This document shows, piece after piece, positions 23,186 through 33,045 of a stretch of 64,000 nt of DNA. The position numbers and the translations under genes were made by a program. The notes beneath the pieces are model-generated. The model was given only the letters and a program-made list of their open reading frames with translations. It was not told where the DNA came from and did not search any database. Each line of letters begins with the position of its first letter. Position 1 is the first letter of the stretch. The stretch comes from Gammaproteobacteria bacterium (GTDB taxonomy: Bacteria > Pseudomonadota > Gammaproteobacteria > Magnimaribacterales > D2472): positions 30,217 through 94,216 of the forward strand of contig JAYQKD010000005.1 in NCBI GenBank assembly GCA_038142505.1. The letters run 5' to 3'.

Positions 23186-24013
23186 ATGAAAAAGAATTTT
23201 ACTTTTGAAAATTTACAAATTGCCATACCAAAAAGAAAATCAAACTCCCATAAAGGTTTAAATGGTAGAGTTCTTGTAATAGCTGGATCTAAAGGGCTTG
23301 GTGGGGCTGGAATAATGGCATCTGAAGCAAGTCTATATTCTGGAGCAGGATTAGTGACTCTGCACACACACAAATCAAATGTAGAGGCTTCTCTTATAAG
23401 AAATCCAGAAGTAATGGCATTGGGAATTAGTAAATTTTTTCCTATATCAGAAAACGTTAATGTAATTCTATATGGTCCTGGAATGCAAAATGATGAATGG
23501 TCTAATAAGATGCTAGAACATCTTCATAACCTTCCTAAAGAATCAAACTTGATAATTGATGCTGGAGGCTTGCAACATCTAAAAGATCAAAATCTAACAA
23601 TTTCAAATAAAACCATTCTCACCCCTCATCCGGGTGAAGCTAGTAATTTGCTTGGTATACCCATAAGTGAAATACAACAGAATAGAGAAAAAACGGCAAG
23701 AATAATTTCAGAAAAATTTAATTCTTCTTGTGTAATTTTAAAAGGTAATAAAACTGTTGTTTACTTTAAAGACAAAAGAGAAACCTTTGTATGTGAGGAT
23801 GGTGGACCTGAACTATCAACAGGTGGAACGGGAGATATATTATGTGGCGTTATTGGCGCTTTGCTTGCTCAGGGTCTCTCATTACATGAAGCGAGCTTAT
23901 TGGGTGTTGCAGTTCATGCTAAAGCTGGTGAAATTTTTGCTGATAAAAATGGTGAAATTGGTTTAAATGCTACTGCAATAATTCCTATAATAAGAAAACT
24001 TTTAAATAAATGA
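23186..24013 (+). CDS. nnrD: ADP-dependent NAD(P)H-hydrate dehydratase (YjeF C-terminal domain only)
   Basis: KGLNGRVLVIAGS..GGAGIMA ... TPHPGE ... GGPELSTGGTGDILCGVIGALLAQG. ATG 23186 is the first start after the upstream stop. nnr-tsaE-amiB synteny. Confidence 0.85.
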   Translation: MKKNFTFENLQIAIPKRKSNSHKGLNGRVLVIAGSKGLGGAGIMASEASLYSGAGLVTLHTHKSNVEASLIRNPEVMALGISKFFPISENVNVILYGPGMQNDEWSNKMLEHLHNLPKESNLIIDAGGLQHLKDQNLTISNKTILTPHPGEASNLLGIPISEIQQNREKTARIISEKFNSSCVILKGNKTVVYFKDKRETFVCEDGGPELSTGGTGDILCGVIGALLAQGLSLHEASLLGVAVHAKAGEIFADKNGEIGLNATAIIPIIRKLLNK

Positions 24014-24471
24014 AAAATCTAATTCTTGAAAATGATGGCGCTACCGAAAAACTTGGCCAAAAAATTTCTGAAATAATAAAAAGTTCTGATAAGCAAAATA
24101 TTGAAATTCATCTTCAAGGCGATTTGGGTGCCGGAAAAACTTTTATAACTAGATCAATTATTAAAAATTGTGGCTGGGAAGATTTAGTTAAAAGTCCAAC
24201 CTATACCCTTTGTGAAGAATATGATTTAGATGAGTTTCTTTTTTTACATATAGATCTTTATAGAACTAATGAAGCTCAAGACATAGATATTTTTAATTTA
24301 GATAGAGTTTTATATAAGAAGAAAATTATTTTAATTGAATGGCCAGAAAGGCTTCAGCTTGATAGAAAATATGATTTAAAAATTGATTTTTTTCATTTAG
24401 AAAATAAGCGTAAAATTAACATTGCAATCGGTACCGATGTTTTTAAAACTCTAGAAGCAAAATATGAATAA
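24010..24471 (+). CDS. tsaE: tRNA t6A biosynthesis ATPase TsaE
   Basis: LQGDLGAGKTFITRSII P-loop, SPTYTL, HIDLYR, 153 aa. Confidence 0.9.
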   Translation: MKNLILENDGATEKLGQKISEIIKSSDKQNIEIHLQGDLGAGKTFITRSIIKNCGWEDLVKSPTYTLCEEYDLDEFLFLHIDLYRTNEAQDIDIFNLDRVLYKKKIILIEWPERLQLDRKYDLKIDFFHLENKRKINIAIGTDVFKTLEAKYE

Positions 24472-25715
24472 GTTTTTACCATTATTAATTTTTACTTATT
24501 TCATTCATGCGAATGAGATTCAATTTAATAGCATTGATGAATATAAAGATGGAACTCTAAATATTTCATTTAATTTAGAACAAGTGGCATATATAAATTC
24601 TTATGCCTTAGAGAACCCTTCAAGACTGGTGTTAGAAATTAATGATACATATTCTAAAAAACCAATAAATGAAATATATAACTACCCCATTAAAAAAATA
24701 AGATCTTCTCAAGATAATAATCTTACAAGAGTGGTTATTGATTTATATGATCATGTTTTTTGGCACAAGCCAATACAAAAACAAGTAGATTCTGGCATTC
24801 TCATGGAACATTAAGCTGCTTAAAGATAAATCTTTAAAAGAAAATATGAGAGATATTATTGTTGCAATTGATGCTGGGCATGGAGGGAAATATCCAGGAG
24901 CTGTTGGACCAAATAACATATTAGAAAAAGACGTAACATTGCTCATTGCAAAAGAGATTGAAAGAACGCTAAGAGATACAAAGGGCTATCAGCCAATAAT
25001 GATAAGAGATGGCGATCAGACTATTAGTCTTAATGATAGATATCAAGATGCGCGTAAAAATGGAGCAGATATTTTTATTTCCATTCATGCCGATGGTTTT
25101 AGACTTTCTTCAGTAAAAGGTGCATCAGTTTTTATATGGTCTGAAGAAGCCTCCAGCACTATTGCAAGAAATTTGTCTGATAAAAAGAGAGAGCGAATTT
25201 TGGCAGAAATTAACAATTTAAAACCAACTGACTTCAATGAAGATTTAGCAAGAGAGCTATATCCAGATGTTTATGAAAAAAAGATTAAACAAAGCAAAAT
25301 TCTTGGAACAAAAATATTAGACCAACTCAAAAGAGATCCGTTTACTAAAATTCATAAAAAAAATGTTGAGTATGCTGACTTTAGAGTTCTTAAATCGATT
25401 GATATACCATCTGTTTTAGTGGAATCAGGATTTATTACTAATCCTGAAGATGCTGCCAGATTGAAGGGAAAACCAGGAAGAAGAATGATTGCAAGATCTA
25501 TCTTTCTTGGACTACATAATTATTTTATAGAAAACCCTATATCAGGCACTCTAATAAATGAGAATAAAGATTATCTTGAATATACAATTCAAAAAGGTGA
25601 CGTTCTTTCAGAGATTGCTATTAGATTTGGCGTTACCGTAGAGTCAATTGATGAAAAAAATAAATTAAATAATAAACCAATATATCCTGGTCAAATATTA
25701 AGGATATATATCTAA
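24464..25715 (+). pseudogene. amiB: N-acetylmuramoyl-L-alanine amidase (AMIN + Amidase_3 + C-terminal LysM), one frameshift near 24790
   Basis: AMIN-like N-terminal domain (RLVLEIND...RVVIDLYD), then IVAIDAGHGGKYPGAVG, ISIHAD, ESGFITNPED, and LysM YTIQKGDVLSEIA. The two ORFs overlap in adjacent frames. Confidence 0.88.
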
Positions 25716-27699
25716 TTAATATCTATTGGGTCTATATCAAAAGACCATTTAACCTTCTTTGCCTCTGGCCAACTTTCAAACTCCTTTACTAAAAACTTTA
25801 AAACTTTGTTTAGGTACGTCCTTTTAGGGGTCTGGACATATATGTTATGCCTATAATTACCTTTTGCTTTTGCAATCATAGATGGAATTGGTCCAATGAC
25901 ATATATGTCATTTCTATTGGTTAATTTATTAATAGCTTTTTCTAAGAAAGCCAAATTACTCTTTTGTGTTGGCGATGAGCATCTTATTAAGCACATTGCA
26001 GCATATGGAGGAAGATTGTTTTTTTTATTTCTTTTAAGGCATTGAGATGCAAAATTCATATAATTTCCGGTCTTTATCTGACCTAGATTTATATCATCAG
26101 GATATCTTGTTTGTATTATTACTTTGGCAAGTTTGTTATTTCTTCCTGCTCTGCCTGATACTTGAATAAGTAGCTGTGAAATTTTTTCTAGAGCGTTTAT
26201 TTCAGGGCTTACTAATCCATTATCTGCATTGAGAATAATGCTTAAAGATACTTTAGGAAAGTCATGTCCTTTTGCAAGCATTTGAGTACCAACAAGAATT
26301 GCTGATTCTGAAGAATTAATTTCGTTGATAATATCTTCCATCGCTCCGACCTTTTTTGTTGTATCGTGATCAACTCTTATGATTGGTACTTTTTTAAAAT
26401 TTGTTCTTAAAACCTCTTCAACTTGCTCCGTTCCAGTTCCATACATTTGAAAATTAGTAGATTTACATGATGGGCATGATTCATTAACTTTATAAGCTGA
26501 TTCACATCTATGGCAAATAAGTCTGTTTCTTTCTTGGTGATACACAAGATTAGAATCACAAGATTTACAATCAGCAACCCATCCACATGATTCACATTGA
26601 AATATTGGTGCAAACCCTCTTCTATTAATGAAAATTAGGACTTGCTCTTTCTTATTTAAAGTTCTCTCAATAATGTTAAGAGTTTCGGATGCAATGCCAC
26701 CAATTAAAGGAGTGTCATTAATATCCATTGCAATAAGTTTTGGAGGATTTTTTCCATCTACTCTGGTTAACATATCAATTTTTTTATATTTCTTTTCTTC
26801 CACTAATCTTAATGTTTGTAAAGAAGGTGTAGCTGATCCAAGCACAATAGGAATATTTTCTTCTTGAGCTCTTTTTATGCCGATATCTCTTGCAGAAAAT
26901 TTAAACCCTTCTGATTGTCTATAAGATTGATCATGCTCCTCATCTATTACAATTAATCCTATATTTTTCATTGGCATTAATACTGCAGATCTTGTTCCAA
27001 TTACTATCTTAATATTTCCAAATCTAGCATTTAGCCAAACTTTTAGTCGCTGGGCTGGCGTTTGTCTAGAATGATAGAGCCCTATCTCGCCATTAAATCT
27101 AGATGTAAATCTATTAAATAATTGTGGTGTTAAATTTATTTCAGGAACTAAAATAAGTGCAGATTTTCCATCCTTAATACAATTTTCTACCAGTCTTAAG
27201 TAAACCTCAGTTTTTCCTGAGCCAGTAACACCATATAAAAGAGATGGCTGAAAACTATTTAATTTTAAAAGTTGTTTTAAAGCCTTTGATTGATCAGGAG
27301 TTAAATCAAATCTTTTTTGTTTTTCATTTATGGATATTTGATAAGAATCCTCGACCGCAAGAGGTTCTATTACTTTATTGTTTGCTTTTCTGAGCTGATT
27401 AGGAATAAAGGTATTAAAAACCTCACCAATGGGATGATGATAATACTCAGACGACCATAAAATAGTATTAAAAATCGATTTATTGAAAACAGGATATGTA
27501 TCTATTAAAGAAATTATCTTTTTAATCTCAATATTATTTTCTATGGCTGCTTTGGATTTTTTAATGACAAGTCCAATGATTTCTATTTCCAAAAGGGACA
27601 AGAACACGGCTACCTTTCTCAATTTTTAAGTTCAGAGCTGTATGTAAAACATTGTCTTAGAGGTACTGAAATAGCTACATCATAGAAAAAAATATTCAT
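25712..27699 (-). pseudogene. priA: primosomal replication restart helicase PriA, one frameshift near 27570
   Basis: GVTGSGKTEVY, DEEHD, Cys-rich zinc-binding insert, GTQMLAKGHDFP. The true N-terminus [21 protein letters not shown]...GSRVLVPFGNR starts at 27699 in another frame. Confidence 0.9.
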
Positions 27700-27758
27700 T
27701 TTTTGATTGTAAAGAAATTGTTTTTTGTTATAGTTCTCATCCAAATTTTGATTTTATT

Positions 27759-28007
27759 ATGAAAAAAGATATACATCCCGAATACAGAGAAGTTTTGTTC
27801 CATGACTCTAGTGCTGATAAGTATTGGATCATTCGTTCAACCTTAGAAACTACTGAAACAAAAAAATGGGAAGATGGAAATACATATCCCTATTTTCCTC
27901 TTGATATATCTTCTGCTTCTCATCCTTTCTATACTGGTACCCAAAAAATTATTGATACTGGTGGAAGAGTGCAGAAATTCGAAGAAAGATTTGGTAAAAA
28001 GAAGTAA
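27759..28007 (+). CDS. rpmE: 50S ribosomal protein L31, type B (no CxxC zinc motif)
   Basis: [16 protein letters not shown]...[18 protein letters not shown] is colinear with YkgM-type L31 and has no cysteines. Divergent from priA, as rpmE is in E. coli. Confidence 0.9.
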   Translation: MKKDIHPEYREVLFHDSSADKYWIIRSTLETTETKKWEDGNTYPYFPLDISSASHPFYTGTQKIIDTGGRVQKFEERFGKKK

Positions 28008-28012
28008 GCCAA

Positions 28013-28468
28013 TCAATTTAAGCCCGAGCTACCAAAACCCTTCTCGCCCCTTTCCGACTCTTTAAAATTTTCTACAATTTTAAATTTTGCCTGAACGACT
28101 GGCACAATTATCATTTGAGCAATCCTATCTCCTGGATTAATTTCAAAATCTTTATCAGATCTATTCCACGCAGGAACCATTAATTCGCCCTGATAATCTG
28201 AATCAATTAAACCAACTAAATTTCCCAATACAATACCTTTTTTTGATCCAAGCCCAGACCTTGGAACAACCAAAGCAGCTAAATTTGGATCTTCAAGATA
28301 CATAGCAAAACCAATAGGCACCATGAAAGTGGTTCCCGCTGCCAGAAGAACTTTTTCTTCAATACATGCTCTTAAATCAATTCCTGCAGACCCTTTGGTC
28401 TCATATTTTGGAATTGGGATTGAATCTCCCATTAAAGGATTAATAATTTTAATTTCAATATCTTTCAA
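28013..28468 (-). CDS. dut: dUTP diphosphatase
   Basis: [36 protein letters not shown]. Confidence 0.93.
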   Translation of the reverse strand: MKDIEIKIINPLMGDSIPIPKYETKGSAGIDLRACIEEKVLLAAGTTFMVPIGFAMYLEDPNLAALVVPRSGLGSKKGIVLGNLVGLIDSDYQGELMVPAWNRSDKDFEINPGDRIAQMIIVPVVQAKFKIVENFKESERGEKGFGSSGLN

Positions 28469-28959
28469 GATTTCAACTCCTTAGGCCTAAGGAATAATTT
28501 TAACTCACATTTATTTAATAATAAGTCTTTCCATTCTTTTTGTAGAATAATTTGAGCAAGAGTAGACGTGGGGTACTTAATGATACTTAGTCCTGTTAAC
28601 TGCTCTAATAAAATATGCATAGTTGGGTTATGCCCAACAACAAGTACTGAATTTGCAGACTGATTAACATTGACTAATAAATCTATTATTGATTCATGAT
28701 TACCATAATAAAGATCATCGTAGTATTTAGCATTTTTAATATCAAAATCAAATCCATCTGCACATAAATCAAATGTTTCTTTGGTTCTATTTGCGCTACT
28801 ACAAAGAACTTCATCTAGCTTAAAGTTATTTTTTTTTACATAATCAGATATTAAAGAGATATCTTTAATTCCTCTGCTAGCAAGCCCCCTATCAAAATCT
28901 TGTTGACCCATGGTGCTCCAATCAGATTTTGCATGCCTTAATAGAAAAATTTGTTTCAT
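28465..28959 (-). CDS. sixA: phosphohistidine phosphatase SixA-like (histidine phosphatase family)
   Basis: LLRHAKS catalytic motif, [16 protein letters not shown]. Confidence 0.75.
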   Translation of the reverse strand: MKQIFLLRHAKSDWSTMGQQDFDRGLASRGIKDISLISDYVKKNNFKLDEVLCSSANRTKETFDLCADGFDFDIKNAKYYDDLYYGNHESIIDLLVNVNQSANSVLVVGHNPTMHILLEQLTGLSIIKYPTSTLAQIILQKEWKDLLLNKCELKLFLRPKELKS

Positions 28960-29004
28960 AATAGTATTGCTATGTTACTCAGTGTTCTATAAAATCGCGG
29001 TTCT

Positions 29005-29241
29005 ATGAGTAAAATATGTCAAGTAACAGGTAAGATACCACAGACTGGGAACAATGTTTCCCATGCTAAAAATAGAACAAAAAGGAAATTCTTTCCTAAT
29101 CTACATACGCATAAATTCTGGGTAGAATCTGAAAATAGGTTTGTGAACCTCAAGGTTTCTGCAAAAGGCATGAGGATAATCGATAAAAAAGGCATTAGCG
29201 TTGTCCTTAAAGAACTCAGAGCTAAAGGCCAAAAGATATAA
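29005..29241 (+). CDS. rpmB: 50S ribosomal protein L28
   Basis: [10 protein letters not shown]...GNNVSHA.NRTKRKF.PNLH..KFWV..ENRFV.L.VSAKGMR. Confidence 0.93.
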   Translation: MSKICQVTGKIPQTGNNVSHAKNRTKRKFFPNLHTHKFWVESENRFVNLKVSAKGMRIIDKKGISVVLKELRAKGQKI

Positions 29242-30405
29242 TTAAATCTTATTAAGGCCAGAAGCATGCCTTGTAAAAAATGCTTTAATAAACCTTGTTT
29301 TGTTCACCGTCTTTAGACCCCAATTTCTTAACAATCTAATATAAGAATTATTATCATTAAAGAAATAAACAAAGAAATCCATAGACTTTAACATTAATAA
29401 ATTCATACCCTTTCTTCTAATCTCATATTTTTTTAAAACAGATGCCTCATTTATAGCTATCCCCTTGTTATAAGCACCTACTACCTCTTCACAAAATATA
29501 TCAGCATCAGCAAAACCTAAATTGATGCCCTGACCTGCTAGAGGGTGAATACTATGAGCAGCATCTCCAATTAAGACTATGGAATTATTTATATAACTTT
29601 CGAAATGATGATTAGATAATTGAAAATTAAGCAATTGGGAATCTATTTTCAGTTTAATTCCAAGCTTAGATTCAAAGAAAGATAAATTAGATGACACGAA
29701 ATCATTTATCGATAAACCTTCTAAGTTTTTATTATTTACCGACCAAACAATAGTACATCTATTGTCTATTGATTCTCTATCTGGCATGGGCATGACTGCA
29801 AAAATTCCTTTCTCTGAAAATACTTGATGAGCAATTTTTTTTTCAAAGTTTTTATCTGCTTTGCAAATAAATGTTATTGCTGTCTGATTATATTCTGAAG
29901 ACTTATCCGATAGACCGGAGATCTTGGCAACATTAGATTTCCTGCCATCACAGCCTGCGATTATTTGTGCCTCAATGCTGCTTCCATTAGACAGTAAGAC
30001 TTCATTTGTATCATTTTGATTAAGGTTTTGAATAGACTCGATTTGATTATTAAAAACTGTTCTTTCATGGCAAGCTTTTGCAAGTTTATTTTTTAATTCA
30101 TTAAACATGACGACATGGGATAAGAAATTTTCACCTATATCATCTGATAAAAACTTTATTCTCCCAGTCCCCTCTCCATCAAGAGCATTGATTTGATCTA
30201 TAGGTGCGGTCTCAACTTCTATTTTTTCCTTCTGCAATAAAGACAACGAATGATTATTGAGTGTAAGGGTTCTAACGCCTGAAGAATAATCTTGGGTTTC
30301 CGAAGATTTTTCAATAATTAATGATTCAATATTGTGTCGCTTTAATCTTACAGAAATGTAGTTGCCAATTATTCCACCACCAGAAATAATAATTGGAACG
30401 TTCAT
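29242..30405 (-). CDS. ubiH: UbiH/UbiF/VisC-family FAD-dependent ubiquinone-biosynthesis hydroxylase
   Basis: N-terminal GGGIIG dinucleotide fold, GDAAHSIHPLAGQGINLGFADA. Located downstream of pepP, as in E. coli and Pseudomonas. Confidence 0.8.
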   Translation of the reverse strand: MNVPIIISGGGIIGNYISVRLKRHNIESLIIEKSSETQDYSSGVRTLTLNNHSLSLLQKEKIEVETAPIDQINALDGEGTGRIKFLSDDIGENFLSHVVMFNELKNKLAKACHERTVFNNQIESIQNLNQNDTNEVLLSNGSSIEAQIIAGCDGRKSNVAKISGLSDKSSEYNQTAITFICKADKNFEKKIAHQVFSEKGIFAVMPMPDRESIDNRCTIVWSVNNKNLEGLSINDFVSSNLSFFESKLGIKLKIDSQLLNFQLSNHHFESYINNSIVLIGDAAHSIHPLAGQGINLGFADADIFCEEVVGAYNKGIAINEASVLKKYEIRRKGMNLLMLKSMDFFVYFFNDNNSYIRLLRNWGLKTVNKTRFIKAFFTRHASGLNKI

Positions 30406-30408
30406 GTT

Positions 30409-31704
30409 TTAAGCCATCAATGATTCAATTTCTTTAGGGCATGATGGAACTTTTTCAGTCAAATTTATATTTCCATCGTTAGTGACTAATATGTCATCTT
30501 CGATTCTTACGCCAATGCCCTTCCATTTATCATCTACGTTCATTGAGCTGCTTATATATATTCCAGGCTCAATGGTCGTAATCATTCCAGGCTTAAACTG
30601 CATAAACTCTCCATCCTCCATATAATCTCCAACATCATGAACATCTAAGCCTAGCCAATGCCCTATTTTATGCATATAAAAATCTTTAAATGCGCCTTCT
30701 TTATGAAGCTCTTCAGGATTGCCATTTAAAATACCAAGTTCAACCAAGCCTTTTGTGATAACTTTCTCAGAAATAAGTTGAGGTTCCATAATATTATTGC
30801 CAGTTTTAACTGCATCAATTGCAGCCTTATTTGCCTCAAGAACAATGTTATATATAGCCAATTGTTCCTCAGAGAACTTTCCCCCGACAGGAAAAGTCCT
30901 AGTGATATCAGATGCATACATCTTGTACTCACAACCAGCATCAACCAATATCAAATCAGATTCATTTAGATCTTGATTATTCTCAATGTAATGAAGAACA
31001 CATGCATTTTCACCACCAGCAACGATAGGAGTGTAAGCAGGGAACCTGCCACCTCTTTTTCCAAATTCATATAAAAATTTTGATTCAATTAATTGCTCAT
31101 TTTCACCGGGCTTAATATTCTTCATGACTTCTACAAAGGATTCAGCAGAAATATCACAAGCTTTTTTCATGATCTCTATCTCATGATCATCTTTTATGAG
31201 TCTCATATTTCCAATCATTGAAGATCCATCCATGATATCGATAGATTGAGAATGTCTATCTTTTGAACTGGCAGCACAAGTCCAATCTATAACATTCTGG
31301 TCAAAGCCGCTTTTTTTACCAATAGGATAAAAAACCTTTTTGACTCCTTGTAGTAGTTCAGGCATTAGTTCATTAATCTTAGTATTATCAAAAGCCTGAT
31401 CAAATCCGTAGTCATCAACTGCCCCAATAGGTCCAGCTCTATAGCCATCCCAAATTTCTCTTAACTTATCTTTAGGTGGTACAAAAATTATAGAAGAAAT
31501 TTTATCTTCTTGATGCACCATGACCATAAGCGATGAGGGCTCACAAAATCCAGAAAAATAATAAAAACTACTCTCCTGTCTTAAAGCATATGATGAGTCT
31601 GCGTTCCTATACTGAAGGTCTGCTCCAGGAATTATCAATGCACAATTTTTTGGAAGAATAGTATTTAAAGACTCTCTTCGTGATTTATAAATTTTATTAT
31701 CCAT
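30409..31704 (-). CDS. pepP: Xaa-Pro aminopeptidase
   Basis: M24B metal ligands (VDAG..Y.SDITRT, HKIGHWLGLDVHD, TIEPG, RIEDD), 431 aa. Confidence 0.9.
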   Translation of the reverse strand: MDNKIYKSRRESLNTILPKNCALIIPGADLQYRNADSSYALRQESSFYYFSGFCEPSSLMVMVHQEDKISSIIFVPPKDKLREIWDGYRAGPIGAVDDYGFDQAFDNTKINELMPELLQGVKKVFYPIGKKSGFDQNVIDWTCAASSKDRHSQSIDIMDGSSMIGNMRLIKDDHEIEIMKKACDISAESFVEVMKNIKPGENEQLIESKFLYEFGKRGGRFPAYTPIVAGGENACVLHYIENNQDLNESDLILVDAGCEYKMYASDITRTFPVGGKFSEEQLAIYNIVLEANKAAIDAVKTGNNIMEPQLISEKVITKGLVELGILNGNPEELHKEGAFKDFYMHKIGHWLGLDVHDVGDYMEDGEFMQFKPGMITTIEPGIYISSSMNVDDKWKGIGVRIEDDILVTNDGNINLTEKVPSCPKEIESLMA

Positions 31705-31768
31705 AGTTTATTTTACTCTTTTATTAAACAAACTTTCCAATTGATGAATGTGCAATTAAACTTATGTT

Positions 31769-31966
31769 ATGTCAGATGAAAATAATTTTTCGATTGAAGA
31801 TCTTGAAAATAAAATTGATCTTCTCATAAAACGTTTTGATGAACAAAAAGGAATTATCGATTCATACGTTCATAGAGAAAGAGACTGGAAAAAAAATAAA
31901 ATTTTACTTGGCAAAGAAATTGCTGCATTAGAAAAGAAACTTAACAAAAAAGGTAACCATGAGTGA
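31769..31966 (+). CDS. small coiled-coil protein upstream of zapA (TIGR02449-like)
   Basis: 65-aa heptad-rich ORF with an 8-nt overlap with zapA. This is the position occupied by a similar small coiled-coil gene in Pseudomonas. Confidence 0.45.
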   Translation: MSDENNFSIEDLENKIDLLIKRFDEQKGIIDSYVHRERDWKKNKILLGKEIAALEKKLNKKGNHE

Positions 31967-32225
31967 AATGGAAACACTATCTCTAAGAATTTTTGGAAGA
32001 GATTTAACTCTAGCGTGCCCTCCAGAGGAGAAAGATCAATTAATTAAAGCCGCTCAACTATTAAATTCTGAACTCGATTCTATAAATGATAAAAATAACG
32101 CATTAATAATAGCTGGTCTTACTCTTGCTAATAAGCTCATATCTAATCCAGATGAAAAGAGTAATGATACTCAAGTAGATCTATCATCAATTATAAAAAA
32201 AATTGATCTAGCTTTAGAAAAATAA
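31959..32225 (+). CDS. zapA: cell division protein ZapA
   Basis: LSLRIFGRDLTLACPPEEKDQLIKAAQLLNSEL parallels E. coli ZapA ([22 protein letters not shown]). Confidence 0.85.
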   Translation: MSEMETLSLRIFGRDLTLACPPEEKDQLIKAAQLLNSELDSINDKNNALIIAGLTLANKLISNPDEKSNDTQVDLSSIIKKIDLALEK

Positions 32226-32262
32226 TCTTTTATTAAATACTTATATATCCTATACTTTCTTT

Positions 32263-32433
32263 ACATTCTGGTTCATTCGCTAATGTGTTATTAAATTTGA
32301 ACCGATACTATTAAATAGGTGATATTCCACTATCATTGTTGTGCAATACCTATATAGGGAAGCCTGATTTGATAAGAAATTCACCACCTGACCTTTCGGT
32401 TCAGGTAAAACACATGGCGGTGATTTGGTTTGT
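32263..32433 (+). ncRNA. ssrS: 6S RNA
   Basis: Occupies the conserved zapA-ssrS-ygfA slot. The 5' ACAUUCUGGUUCAUUCGCUAAUGUGUU pairs with the 3' AACACAUGGCGGUGAUUUGGUUUGU to form a closing stem. Internal hairpin CCUGACC-UUUC-GGUUCAGG, as in E. coli 6S. TATACT -10-like box at 32251-32256. End coordinates are approximate. Confidence 0.7.
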
Positions 32434-32450
32434 TAGCCTCGGCGCAATTT

Positions 32451-33026
32451 ATGGTGAAAGATAAAATTCGAAAATCACTTCTTGAGCAGGGGCTCACTCT
32501 TTCTTCTCAATCTATAGATCAACTAAATACTCAAGTTCAAAAAAATATAATTGAAAGTCTAGATCTATCAAAAATGAAAAACGTATTGCTCTACTTTCCT
32601 TATAAACAAGAGATAAAAACAAACCTTCTTCATCAAGAGCTTATTAAATACTCACACAATATTTATATGCCAAAAATTTTTCCAGAAAGAATAATGAAAT
32701 TCAATTTATATACTAGTGAATATTCTTTAGTTAAAAATAAATATGGAATTACTGAAGTAGATAATAAAGAATATTTAGAACCTCATTTTTTTGATGCTAT
32801 GTTTATTCCTTTTGTTGGAGTAGATGTTAATGGTTATAGGATTGGATATGGTGGAGGCTATTTTGATAGAGCTCTTACTAGTCTTATGGGCAGCTAATCA
32901 CAGCAAAAGCCATTAATTATTGGTCTTGGTTATGACTATCAAATACTGTCTAAAAATCTAGCTGAGCCACATGATTTGCGATATCACAAAGTTGTAACAG
33001 AGTCTCGTATACTTTCATATAACTGA
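32451..33026 (+). pseudogene. 5-formyltetrahydrofolate cyclo-ligase, one frameshift near 32890
   Basis: VDVNGYRIGYGGGYFDRAL, then in another frame KPLIIGLGYDYQ....EPHD.RYHKVVTE. Follows ssrS, as ygfA does in E. coli. Confidence 0.82.
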
Positions 33027-33045
33027 TATATAAAATATATATATT

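Noticed and set aside
27700-27758. Possible Zur box upstream of the type B L31 gene (TGTTATAG in AAATTGTTTTTTGTTATAGTTC).
   Set aside because: Only one half-site-like element is present and there is no palindromic partner. I cannot distinguish it from AT-rich background.
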